Shown here: one piece after another, positions 19,777 through 28,341 of the stretch | Position numbering within the stretch: the stretch's first letter is position 1 | Layout of the letters: every line of letters begins with the position of its first letter | Virus record (IMG/VR): IMGVR_UViG_3300046337_000201 | Location: 11,161 to 75,160 of that record | DNA: 64,000 bases | Origin: a virus | Direction: 5' to 3' (one strand) | Notes under the pieces: generated by a model | What the model saw: only the letters and a program-made list of their open reading frames with translations | The model's database searches: none | What the model was told of the DNA's origin: nothing | Program-made: the position numbers and the translations under genes

Positions 19777-20265
19777 TTATTTTAATAAACTTTTTAAGTT
19801 ATTCTCGTATGAAAAAGGAATAGTAGTATATATGAACCCACTATGCACTTTAACATACCCCTCTGCATTTATCCTTAAGTCTTTTAACTTCAAAGTTAAT
19901 GTAACCAAATTTACAATATTTTTCAATATTAATGTAGGATTGAACGAAAATCTATAAGAAACATCAGTAGATTTTGTTGGAAGGATTACTATATCTTGAA
20001 TTTCATTAATATTACCCACTTTGATACCATCTAAGTATATATCTAAATACACCTCAGTTACTACTGCTTCTACATTAGAAGCATTGTATACTCTTTGAGT
20101 AATATCCAATGCAACATCATCTTTTGATATATTGGCTATTTTGATACCAATAATCTTATATTGAATATCCTTCAAAAAGTTAATTTGTTTTTGATAATAA
20201 CGATAAAGAGCAAATCCAATTACTCCTAATCCACTAAATATCAAAATAGGTTTTAATGCTTTCAT
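19777..20265 (-). CDS. Membrane-anchored LEA_2/WHy-domain protein
   Basis: N-terminal TM; VYNASNVEAVVTEVYLDIYLDGIKVG fits the LEA_2 NPN-region pattern. Confidence 0.7.
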   Translation of the reverse strand: MKALKPILIFSGLGVIGFALYRYYQKQINFLKDIQYKIIGIKIANISKDDVALDITQRVYNASNVEAVVTEVYLDIYLDGIKVGNINEIQDIVILPTKSTDVSYRFSFNPTLILKNIVNLVTLTLKLKDLRINAEGYVKVHSGFIYTTIPFSYENNLKSLLK

Positions 20266-20876
20266 TATTTCTTTCTTAATAATACTATTAATAAAATTAC
20301 TCCTAATCCAATACCACCATATAGTAATAAATTCTTATTTGATGTAGTTGAAGTAGATGTATCAACACCTAATAAATCAGATTTAGCATTTTGTATTGAT
20401 TTCTCACTTAAAGTAGTCAAAGTAGCTAATGTTTCAGCTTTTGTTGCTTCTGATTGAGCTTTTGCTTGTATAGCAACACAATCTAATTGAGTTTGTATAC
20501 CTTTAAGTTTACCTTCTATTTCACGAACCACTGCCAATCTAACTGGCAAGAAAGCATCCTTTGGCTTTGCAGCTAATTCTTTTACAATAGATTCTCCTCT
20601 AGTAGACAAGCCATTCAATTTCTTTTGTATGTCATCGCAAGTCTTTTCAGGATATGCAGCCCACGCTTTTCTTTCTGCATCTTGATTTTCTTTCAAATGC
20701 TTTTTACGAAGTTGACTACCAAATAAGTTAGCCCAATCTTCGCCACCACCTTGAAAAAATTCTTGCCCCCCGGTGAAGTTTTTAAACTCTCTACTCTCAT
20801 CAGCAAATTGGTGGTTACCTAATCTACTAGGAGCATGTGCACCTTCGGTTGTTCTTTCAATCATATCTATTGCCAT
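20265..20876 (-). CDS. Tail-anchored membrane protein
   Basis: C-terminal LLLYGGIGLGVILLIVLL-RKK. Confidence 0.65.
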   Translation of the reverse strand: MAIDMIERTTEGAHAPSRLGNHQFADESREFKNFTGGQEFFQGGGEDWANLFGSQLRKKHLKENQDAERKAWAAYPEKTCDDIQKKLNGLSTRGESIVKELAAKPKDAFLPVRLAVVREIEGKLKGIQTQLDCVAIQAKAQSEATKAETLATLTTLSEKSIQNAKSDLLGVDTSTSTTSNKNLLLYGGIGLGVILLIVLLRKK

Positions 20877-20909
20877 AAAATAATTTTTTCTTGTTGTTAA
20901 TAATGCCTT

Positions 20910-21524
20910 TTATTTACTTTTGCTTTTAGCTAAAAAATAGATTAATGCAATAACACCTAATCCTAATGCACCTAGTCCTATGTACTTCATCGTATTATCA
21001 CCTTGAACACCTTGTGGTGGTGGATAATCGCCTTTAGCACCCATTGTAGTGTCATTTGTTACTACATTTGAGCCAACACTAGCTTCTTGACTAGGAGGTG
21101 TATATAATGGAGTTTTTAAAATTCCACTAGGAGTAGGTATTTTTATTCCTAAATCTTGGTTACCATATTTAGGTAATACGCTATAAGGAGTTTTACCTAA
21201 AAGACTATCAGCAGTTGGAGGAGCTATTGCTAATCCACTATCAATTGAACCAACACCTGATTGCATATCTTTTATAGTATTTTGCATTGTGTTAATCCAT
21301 GAAGATAACGCAGTTATATTTCTAGTCTTAATACGCTTACCACCTGAAGTACTTGGTTTTGAGTTTTTTAATGTAGATAGCTCAATAGTAGCTTTCCCTA
21401 TATTTTGTCTTACCTCGTTAATATCTTGACTTAAAGGGTATTTAGATGCGAACTCATTTGCAGCTTCCGCTTTTCGTTGAGCTTCTCCACCTATTAATGT
21501 TTTTCCAAATATTGCAATTGCCAT
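20910..21524 (-). CDS. Tail-anchored membrane protein
   Basis: C-terminal YIGLGALGLGVIALIYFL-AKSKSK. Confidence 0.65.
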   Translation of the reverse strand: MAIAIFGKTLIGGEAQRKAEAANEFASKYPLSQDINEVRQNIGKATIELSTLKNSKPSTSGGKRIKTRNITALSSWINTMQNTIKDMQSGVGSIDSGLAIAPPTADSLLGKTPYSVLPKYGNQDLGIKIPTPSGILKTPLYTPPSQEASVGSNVVTNDTTMGAKGDYPPPQGVQGDNTMKYIGLGALGLGVIALIYFLAKSKSK

Positions 21525-21535
21525 AACCTTTATTT

Positions 21536-22057
21536 TTAGATTTGATATTTAATTCCTTTTGCAGCCCAATCTTTGTTGATACTTGTTACTCTAGCACTAG
21601 TCAATCCACCCCACTCATTACCTAACTCACTTTTTACGAAAGTAAATAAGTCCATAGGATTACCGACAGGGATTCCAAAAGCATAATTTTGTCTATTTCC
21701 AAAAGCTGCTATCAATTTAGCAACATCTAAATTATTTTTCATACTTTTTAAAGTACTTTCCACCGCAGCGTAATCATCCCCAACTGCATATCTCATACCA
21801 TTATAAGCAGTATTAGCAAAAGTTACATAGTTACTATCTAAATACGTTGGCTTGTCACCATTAGATTGAGCAACCTTAATTTCACTACTAATGTTATTTA
21901 CAAGTTCTTGATTCTTTTTAGCTTGGTCAGTAGGAAATACTTTATCGTAAACTCTTTTACCTACTAAAAAAACTATTGCTCCACCACCAACAATAACGAT
22001 ACCTTTCGCCCATGATGGTAAGTCTTTGTAATAATCGTAAAATCCTGCTTTTGCCAT
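21536..22057 (-). CDS. Membrane protein with one annexin-like repeat
   Basis: N-terminal TM; AYNGMRYAVGDDYAAVESTL...LIAAFG...DLFTFVKSELG resembles the annexin repeat consensus. Confidence 0.5.
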   Translation of the reverse strand: MAKAGFYDYYKDLPSWAKGIVIVGGGAIVFLVGKRVYDKVFPTDQAKKNQELVNNISSEIKVAQSNGDKPTYLDSNYVTFANTAYNGMRYAVGDDYAAVESTLKSMKNNLDVAKLIAAFGNRQNYAFGIPVGNPMDLFTFVKSELGNEWGGLTSARVTSINKDWAAKGIKYQI

Positions 22058-22067
22058 AACTTTAATT

Positions 22068-22874
22068 TTAATAGCCTACTGCGTAGACATCTTTTATTTT
22101 ATATTCTTCTATATAATCTCTAATGAACTTATTGATTATATCATATCTTTTTTTATTTTGCTCACTTGGGTAACCTATAAAAGTATCTCCAAACGCAGCA
22201 TAAGCTTCTCTAATTGGATAACCTAATCCTAAGTATATAGTTAATCCATTCAAATCAGCCTCAGTTTCATTCGTTATATCACTATTTAAGTAAAAGTGAC
22301 TAAACTCGTGTAACAATATTGCCATTCTCATTGGAATGGTATAAGGTAAGAAAGACTCTTGAGATACTTGTATTCTACCATTTTTAGTAGAAATACGAGC
22401 AGGAGTAGCCATTTTCTCGCCACTTTTATTATTCTTAATGTATGGTAGGTATTCTATTTTAAAGCTCCCTACACTACTTACATAGTCTTTTGGGGCACTA
22501 ATCCAACCCGCATTGTAACAAAACTTTTGAGCAAATGCTACAAAGTTGCGTACCATTGAATTATCCATCTTTGTTTTACCCAAAGTAATATCTAACTCTT
22601 CTTTCTTAATATCTACTACTTGAAAGCTATTATCTTGCCCCTTTTGTAAATTGCCATTAGCCTTATTGTAAACCGATAAACTTGTTGAATATGGAGAAAG
22701 AGGCATTCTTACGAAAAGTTCTTCTTGTCCATTAATAGTTTTTTCTCTATCGGTGAAATAAGTATTAGCTTGGTTTTTATCGAACACTTTCACTACAATC
22801 ACTTGAGGTGTTTGAGTTTTAATCACGATTTTAACCATGATTGGTTCGTAAAGGGTAAGTAGCTTATAATTCAT
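22068..22874 (-). CDS. Zincin metallopeptidase, candidate virion maturation protease
   Basis: ILLHEFSH followed by NETEAD (HExxH plus third-ligand Glu). Confidence 0.7.
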   Translation of the reverse strand: MNYKLLTLYEPIMVKIVIKTQTPQVIVVKVFDKNQANTYFTDREKTINGQEELFVRMPLSPYSTSLSVYNKANGNLQKGQDNSFQVVDIKKEELDITLGKTKMDNSMVRNFVAFAQKFCYNAGWISAPKDYVSSVGSFKIEYLPYIKNNKSGEKMATPARISTKNGRIQVSQESFLPYTIPMRMAILLHEFSHFYLNSDITNETEADLNGLTIYLGLGYPIREAYAAFGDTFIGYPSEQNKKRYDIINKFIRDYIEEYKIKDVYAVGY

Positions 22875-22875
22875 A

Positions 22876-23157
22876 TTAGATATATAGTGGGGCTTGTATT
22901 CTTTGTGGTTGAATAGCGTATCTTCCTTGTGTTAATTGCTCTTTCTTAGCTTGTTGTTTCTTAGTTACAATGTCAACTGGCATCATAATATTATATTGAG
23001 CTAATAATGGGTTGCTATACTTAGCTGATTCCTCAACTAAAATAGTAGCCGCTGATACCTCACTCGCTTTTACACTATTTTTATTTTTATAATAATAATA
23101 TAAAGTAAGTGCACCCGCACCACCTAAAATCCACCAAATTAAATTATCTTTTTTCAT
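22876..23157 (-). CDS. Small membrane protein, N-terminal TM
   Basis: LIWWILGGAGALTLYYYY-KNK. Confidence 0.65.
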   Translation of the reverse strand: MKKDNLIWWILGGAGALTLYYYYKNKNSVKASEVSAATILVEESAKYSNPLLAQYNIMMPVDIVTKKQQAKKEQLTQGRYAIQPQRIQAPLYI

Positions 23158-23447
23158 TATGCTTTCTTTTTCATTAGTTGACTAATAACGATTGCACCTA
23201 CGATAACACCACCTACTATAAGTAAAGTGCTTGTTGGGAATCCAAATACTGTTTTGCTCATATTACTACTTTTAAGTTGTGACAACTTGTTATTAATATC
23301 TTCATTAAGATTAGCGTTTAATGGAAAAACACCTTTCTTTTTTTCTCTACTAAGCCAATCCGAAAAGTTTAACGTACCCCCTTCATCTTTATATAGTTTG
23401 AAGAGTTGATTTGCAGTTAGCTTTTGTTCCAAATTTACTTCTTCCAT
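23157..23447 (-). CDS. Tail-anchored membrane protein
   Basis: C-terminal LLIVGGVIVGAIVI...KKKA. Confidence 0.65.
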   Translation of the reverse strand: MEEVNLEQKLTANQLFKLYKDEGGTLNFSDWLSREKKKGVFPLNANLNEDINNKLSQLKSSNMSKTVFGFPTSTLLIVGGVIVGAIVISQLMKKKA

Positions 23448-23463
23448 TTTTTGTGGTTATTTT

Positions 23464-23916
23464 TTATTGTGGTATTGAAGGATTTATTGCATTTTTTAAT
23501 GCGTTTAAATCCATTTGAGTATCAATTGATTTTTTATTAATCCAAAATTGTAAAGCTTGTTCAGTCTTTGTACCAAATATACCATCTTCAACCAACTTAA
23601 TTAATTTCTTACCACTAAATTTATCTTGAGGTAACGAATATCCTTTTTGATTAATTAATTTTTGCAATTCAACAACTTTACCTTTTGGCATTAATGGAGC
23701 ACCATTATCCCTATCACCCTTCTTAATTGAATTAGGATTACTAGGTACTACACTCTTTGTAGGTGTAGTTTCTTTTGAGGTGTTAGTGGCATTACTATCT
23801 ATTGCAGCACCTTTACTTGAAGCTTTTTTACCTAATAAACTTTTTATTACGAAGTAAGCTCCAACGATTGCTACTATACTAGCACCAACCATTAATTGTT
23901 TCTTATCTAGCTTCAT
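23464..23916 (-). CDS. Membrane-anchored peptidoglycan-binding domain protein
   Basis: N-terminal TM; IKKGD...VVELQKLI...DGIFGTKTEQAL (PG_binding_1). Confidence 0.75.
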   Translation of the reverse strand: MKLDKKQLMVGASIVAIVGAYFVIKSLLGKKASSKGAAIDSNATNTSKETTPTKSVVPSNPNSIKKGDRDNGAPLMPKGKVVELQKLINQKGYSLPQDKFSGKKLIKLVEDGIFGTKTEQALQFWINKKSIDTQMDLNALKNAINPSIPQ

Positions 23917-24143
23917 TTATCTTCTAATTTAGGTAATAACAATTGAGATACGATACCACCAACCAAAGCTCCTATAAATGCCGAAGAAACTAGATTATAG
24001 CTTCTTGACATACCAATTAAAAGACCACCACCCATTCCTATAAAAGCTCCTGCAATAGTACCCTTAGTCTTTTTTAAAGCCATACTATCACTCTTGGATT
24101 TCAAAAGTTTTACTTTATCTAATATATCTTTTGCCTCTGCCAT
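23913..24143 (-). CDS. Small two-TM glycine-zipper membrane protein
   Basis: GAFIGMGGGLLIG and AFIGALVGGIV. Confidence 0.6.
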   Translation of the reverse strand: MAEAKDILDKVKLLKSKSDSMALKKTKGTIAGAFIGMGGGLLIGMSRSYNLVSSAFIGALVGGIVSQLLLPKLEDK

Positions 24144-24153
24144 TTGTTTAAAT

Positions 24154-24567
24154 TTACGCTATTTTAGGCAAATCTAGTGGTAGTTGTGTACCATTTGATT
24201 TTTGACCTAAATTAACTTTATTACAATTTTTTTGAATAACACCACCCGCTGCATTCATATATCCACTACAATTAACTTCCAACCCAATGTTATTATCATA
24301 AACATTTGGAATAGAGTTTGTAGGCTTGATGTAAATAGGCTTTTTTAAATTGATTAAAGTATCTATTGTACCACTATTAGTGTCATAGATGCGTTCACCA
24401 TTAGCGTTTAGTTCTTTGCCAGTTGCATATTTAACATTATCAGGTGTATCATTACTTGAACCTGATACTAAAACTGTGGGTTTCTTTTGATAATGTTTCC
24501 ATACATAATAGCCAATGATGTATAAAACACCACCACCAATTACATAATTTAAAGTCTTTTTATTCAT
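24154..24567 (-). CDS. Membrane protein, N-terminal TM
   Basis: YVIGGGVLYIIGYYVW-KHYQKK. Confidence 0.6.
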   Translation of the reverse strand: MNKKTLNYVIGGGVLYIIGYYVWKHYQKKPTVLVSGSSNDTPDNVKYATGKELNANGERIYDTNSGTIDTLINLKKPIYIKPTNSIPNVYDNNIGLEVNCSGYMNAAGGVIQKNCNKVNLGQKSNGTQLPLDLPKIA

Positions 24568-24585
24568 AACGATAATTTAAAGATA

Positions 24586-24855
24586 TTATCTTCCATAAGT
24601 TAATTTCTGACCTAATGTGTTTAATCCACTAGGCATATTTGCTGCTTTACCAAAACGAGGTACACCACTTGCATTTACATTAGGTTCGCCACTTGCATTG
24701 AAGTAAGAACCAGTCCAAGATGCTTCACTAGGAGTAGTTGTAGATTTAGCTGCTTTTGCTGCTTTATCTTTTTTCATTTTCATCCAATACCAATAAGCAC
24801 CACCTGCAACTACTGCAAGTACCAATAAATTTTTACCCTTTAACATATTTTTCAT
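24586..24855 (-). CDS. Small membrane protein, N-terminal TM
   Basis: LLVLAVVAGGAYWYW-MKMKK; two NASG motifs. Confidence 0.65.
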   Translation of the reverse strand: MKNMLKGKNLLVLAVVAGGAYWYWMKMKKDKAAKAAKSTTTPSEASWTGSYFNASGEPNVNASGVPRFGKAANMPSGLNTLGQKLTYGR

Positions 24856-24872
24856 TTTAAATTATGATTTAA

Positions 24873-25622
24873 TTATTTCTTATACTTTTTGTATGCCAAA
24901 AATACAATAACACTAACTGCTAATATTCCAACACCTACCCATACATAAGTCATCATATTAGATTGTGGTTGATTAGGTAAGTTTTGTTTCATTTGGTCTT
25001 GAACACCTTGTAATTGTAAAGATTGCTCTTGTAATGCGTTTTGCTTTGCTTGAGTCTTATTAGACATGCTTTGTAAGCCAATTTGAATACCCGCATTTAC
25101 GTTTTCAGATGTCAAAACATTATCTTTTAAGAATCCACCAATACTAGATAACGCTAATCCTACTTTAGTTTTACCTTGAGGATTTGTTGTTGTGTCAACT
25201 CTTGCAGCTTTCTTTTGTGCACTTGTTAATTTAGGAGTTGCTAATTTAGGAGTACTAGTTGTAGTGCTTTTACCTAACCCTAAAAAGCCTTTATCTTTAC
25301 CAATACCTAAAAAACCAAAGTATTCATCCTCTCCTACGAAAGAATAATCATCAATTCCAGTAAACCCAAAATCAACCGCAGTGAAGCTTTTAAAATCTTC
25401 AGTAGCCTTTGGTACTTGTGAGCTTAAATATGTTGTTAAATCGCTTCTAAACGTGCCACTCTTAGCATTAGCCATTAAGACTGCTAAAGTAACTTCATTA
25501 TCTGAAGGATTATTAGGCATTTGAATACCATTTCTTTCAAGTAATCTAATTAAACCATTCTTATCAGTTAAAACTGCGTAAGATAATGCTTCATTTACTA
25601 CTTGTGTTGCGTTTATTGCCAT
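24873..25622 (-). CDS. Tail-anchored membrane protein
   Basis: C-terminal YVWVGVGILAVSVIVFLAY-KKYKK. Confidence 0.65.
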   Translation of the reverse strand: MAINATQVVNEALSYAVLTDKNGLIRLLERNGIQMPNNPSDNEVTLAVLMANAKSGTFRSDLTTYLSSQVPKATEDFKSFTAVDFGFTGIDDYSFVGEDEYFGFLGIGKDKGFLGLGKSTTTSTPKLATPKLTSAQKKAARVDTTTNPQGKTKVGLALSSIGGFLKDNVLTSENVNAGIQIGLQSMSNKTQAKQNALQEQSLQLQGVQDQMKQNLPNQPQSNMMTYVWVGVGILAVSVIVFLAYKKYKK

Positions 25623-25626
25623 TGTA

Positions 25627-26037
25627 TTATTTTTTAATCATGATTGCAAAAGCTATTAACACTGTTCCAAATATCACTGCCATTGTTGTTTGGTTTGTTA
25701 ATTGCTTGTTTTCTGCGGTTTGTTGTGCCGCTTGTAATTGTCCTGAAAAATTCATGTAATTTTCAAGAATCTTTGTGTGCTCTCTTTCACTATCCTTTTC
25801 CACTAATTTCGAATCAAATTTCTTTTTAAAATAATCCATAAATAAATCCTTATCAGGATTATTCTCAATTATTTCCATCATTGCGGGTTCCCCCTCGTAG
25901 CTAACCAATTGTTGTAGTACGCTTGATAAAGGTTGGTCTTTATCAAATTCATACCCATACTTATGTGCAAGTGACCTTACAAAATAAGGATTTGCTTGTG
26001 CGGTGTATGTGAATATATTTACTCTAGGTAATGACAT
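25627..26037 (-). CDS. Tail-anchored membrane protein
   Basis: C-terminal AVIFGTVLIAFAIMI-KK. Confidence 0.65.
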   Translation of the reverse strand: MSLPRVNIFTYTAQANPYFVRSLAHKYGYEFDKDQPLSSVLQQLVSYEGEPAMMEIIENNPDKDLFMDYFKKKFDSKLVEKDSEREHTKILENYMNFSGQLQAAQQTAENKQLTNQTTMAVIFGTVLIAFAIMIKK

Positions 26038-26062
26038 AGTACGAATTTACTAAATTTTAATT

Positions 26063-26110
26063 AAAAAAAGGGTATAAGTATAAGATATTAAATCCCAACT
26101 TACACCCCTT
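26063..26110 (-). terminator. Putative intrinsic terminator after the capsid gene
   Basis: Imperfect inverted repeat AAGGGTATAAGT/ACTTACACCCCTT followed by a T-run on the minus strand. Confidence 0.55.
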
Positions 26111-26143
26111 TCTTATTTTTTTTATCTACTTTCTAAACTAGAA

Positions 26144-26839
26144 TTATCTAGTTGCAGGTCTGATAATCTTTGGACTACCATATTGCTTAGAAACTGGATT
26201 TCCACCCAATCCACGAGCAATGTTGATTGTATCAGAAGGGTAGAATTGGAACTGAACTGTTGTTGCAGCATAAAGTTGGAAAGTCAACTTTGTGAAACCA
26301 TCGATTCTGAATGGTTGCTTCAATTCAATTACACCGCTTTGTTGTTGATACGGGTCAATTGTTGGTGTCAAGATTTTAGTAGCTTGGTTACCATTCGCAT
26401 CTAATGTGCTTAATGTTAATGGAGCTAAAACTTGAGACGTTGTACCTGCTACTGAAGAAATCAAAGTACTACCAATTGTGAATGGAGATACACTTGATTG
26501 ATTCAATAAGTTGTAGTAAGTTACGTTTGATAAACCTGAACTAATTGTTACGTTAGATACAGTTAAAGAACCACCACTGAAACCAGTGTTGTTCAAATAA
26601 ATGTAAGCACCGAATACATCGATAGTTACTGCTGCGTTAGACGCATTAGAAACTGTTACGATATAAGGTTGAGAACGTAAAACTGGAGCTGCTGCCATTG
26701 GAGCTGCTTCGCCATCTGCACTGAAGAAATTTTCTCCACCTGCAAAATACATGTCATCATCTACGAATCCATCTACACCGATGAATTGCTCATTTACTTG
26801 GCGATTAGCCATTTGTAAATACTTTTGAATACTACTCAT
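26144..26839 (-). CDS. Candidate major capsid protein, single jelly-roll type
   Basis: About 8 amphipathic beta strands, C-ending codons (TTC, ATC, TAC, AAC) suggesting high expression, own promoter and terminator, near the packaging ATPase, has a paralog next to the spike. Confidence 0.65.
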   Translation of the reverse strand: MSSIQKYLQMANRQVNEQFIGVDGFVDDDMYFAGGENFFSADGEAAPMAAAPVLRSQPYIVTVSNASNAAVTIDVFGAYIYLNNTGFSGGSLTVSNVTISSGLSNVTYYNLLNQSSVSPFTIGSTLISSVAGTTSQVLAPLTLSTLDANGNQATKILTPTIDPYQQQSGVIELKQPFRIDGFTKLTFQLYAATTVQFQFYPSDTINIARGLGGNPVSKQYGSPKIIRPATR

Positions 26840-26894
26840 TTTTAATGAATTTTAATTTTTAATTGAATTTGTTTTAAATTCAGTTACTTCTTGA

Positions 26895-27002
26895 TTACGC
26901 ACCGATTTTAGCCTTGTCTAATAGTGGCTTTGCAACCAACATATATAGAGCAACACCTCCTGCAACGATAAGTAATTGTCCTGCGATTTTTTTGAAATCC
27001 AT
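26895..27002 (-). CDS. 35-aa membrane protein upstream of the capsid gene (not in ORF track)
   Basis: MDFKKIAGQLLIVAGGVALYMLVAKPLLDKAKIGA. Confidence 0.7.
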   Translation of the reverse strand: MDFKKIAGQLLIVAGGVALYMLVAKPLLDKAKIGA

Positions 27003-27066
27003 TTTGTAAGATTTTAGATTTTTAAATTGGGTCAACTATTAAATACAGATTCAATGATTGACACTC

Positions 27067-27074
27067 CAAATTTA
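27067..27074 (-). promoter_or_regulatory. Bacteroidota-type -7 element TAAATTTG of the capsid operon
   Basis: TAnnTTTG followed by a leader hairpin (GTCAA...TTGAC, 27031..27062). Confidence 0.6.
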
Positions 27075-27225
27075 TGTAATTATAAGGCATTAATATATTT
27101 TAATTACTTACTTTATTGTAACTTTTTTTTTCTATTGTTTCGTATGGTTACAATTTGTATATAAAACAAATAACCCCTAAAATCTTTCGATAATAAGGGC
27201 TATTATAGGTTAGTAAAATGTGTAA

Positions 27226-28050
27226 TTATGAGAAATAAGAGTGAATCATCCTTTCTTTTATCTCTTTTATAGCACTTTCTTCAGTGTGTTTTTTCTTATT
27301 TCCTTCTTTTTGAACAAGATATGGTTTCAATATCTGCTTGTAATTTTCATTGATATATTGATTCAAAGCTTCCTCCCTTACATCATCAGGTATATTACCT
27401 CTAATCTTAGATTCATCCATATCTACATATAAGAAGTATCTAATATTACCCCTACCATATTCATTGTTTACCATTATTTCAGCGATACGCATAAACTCAA
27501 ACTTATCAGGGAATTTTTGAGCATGTCTTTCCACACTCTCATTATTCTTATGAAATCTTAATTGATTTAGATTACCCCATATCTTAGTATTAATACGACC
27601 TAATGATTGATAAGATAAAATAATATCCAATCCAATATGTCTATTGGTACAAATAGCACCAATTAAATCACCAGGCATGTGGTCATAGATAAACTTATTA
27701 ATATCCTCAATTAGTAATAATCCATTCTGAAATCTATTGAGTACATAGAATAATGCTTGAGCCCATTCATCTAGGGTCATTCTAGCTCCATTTGGATGAA
27801 ATGGTCTAACTCTACGAATTTGTACGCTTGGATGAACAGTGAATAGGGGTACATCCTTTAATGATATTGCTTGAACTCCATAAGTACCCGCACCATATTC
27901 ATCATTCACATCCATTATTAAGCACTTCCTTCCTTTAATACCTTGATAGTAGTCACCTTGAACGTATTGGTTCATCATTATCATATGTTGATATGACTTA
28001 CCAACTCCTTTTTTACCACAAGCTGCCATTAACATTGGTTCTCTACCCAT
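27226..28050 (-). CDS. Genome packaging ATPase, FtsK/HerA superfamily (A32/PRD1-P9-like)
   Basis: Walker A GKKGVGKS near the N-terminus, IMDVNDEY, Walker B LLIED, Arg finger NRH, sensor SYQ; 274 aa with no nuclease domain. Confidence 0.8.
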   Translation of the reverse strand: MGREPMLMAACGKKGVGKSYQHMIMMNQYVQGDYYQGIKGRKCLIMDVNDEYGAGTYGVQAISLKDVPLFTVHPSVQIRRVRPFHPNGARMTLDEWAQALFYVLNRFQNGLLLIEDINKFIYDHMPGDLIGAICTNRHIGLDIILSYQSLGRINTKIWGNLNQLRFHKNNESVERHAQKFPDKFEFMRIAEIMVNNEYGRGNIRYFLYVDMDESKIRGNIPDDVREEALNQYINENYKQILKPYLVQKEGNKKKHTEESAIKEIKERMIHSYFS

Positions 28051-28055
28051 AATAC

Positions 28056-28340
28056 TTATTTTCTATCTTTTAAAGTTATTTCGAATCTAGCCGAGTCTTT
28101 ATATTTAGAAAAAGACAATGTTCTAATTTTTGTTACGCAAAAAGTAAAATCATACTCTACTTTTAAAAAATCCTCCTTCTTAGTAAATATTGGATTTACG
28201 ATACAATCTTCCACTAACATTTTAAAATCCTCTTCATCTTCTATTGGATAATCAAAATGTATACTTTCCTCTTCAAATGTTTTTACAAATGATATGATTG
28301 TTTTTTTAAAATTAATCCATTCTTGGTTTTTGATTCTCAT
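28056..28340 (-). CDS. Hypothetical protein
   Basis: Tightly packed ORF. Confidence 0.5.
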   Translation of the reverse strand: MRIKNQEWINFKKTIISFVKTFEEESIHFDYPIEDEEDFKMLVEDCIVNPIFTKKEDFLKVEYDFTFCVTKIRTLSFSKYKDSARFEITLKDRK

Positions 28341-28341
28341 A

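Noticed and set aside
27226-28050. Terminase large subunit or conjugative VirB4/TraD
   Set aside because: Too short, no RNase H-like nuclease domain or TM segments, and no T4SS genes nearby
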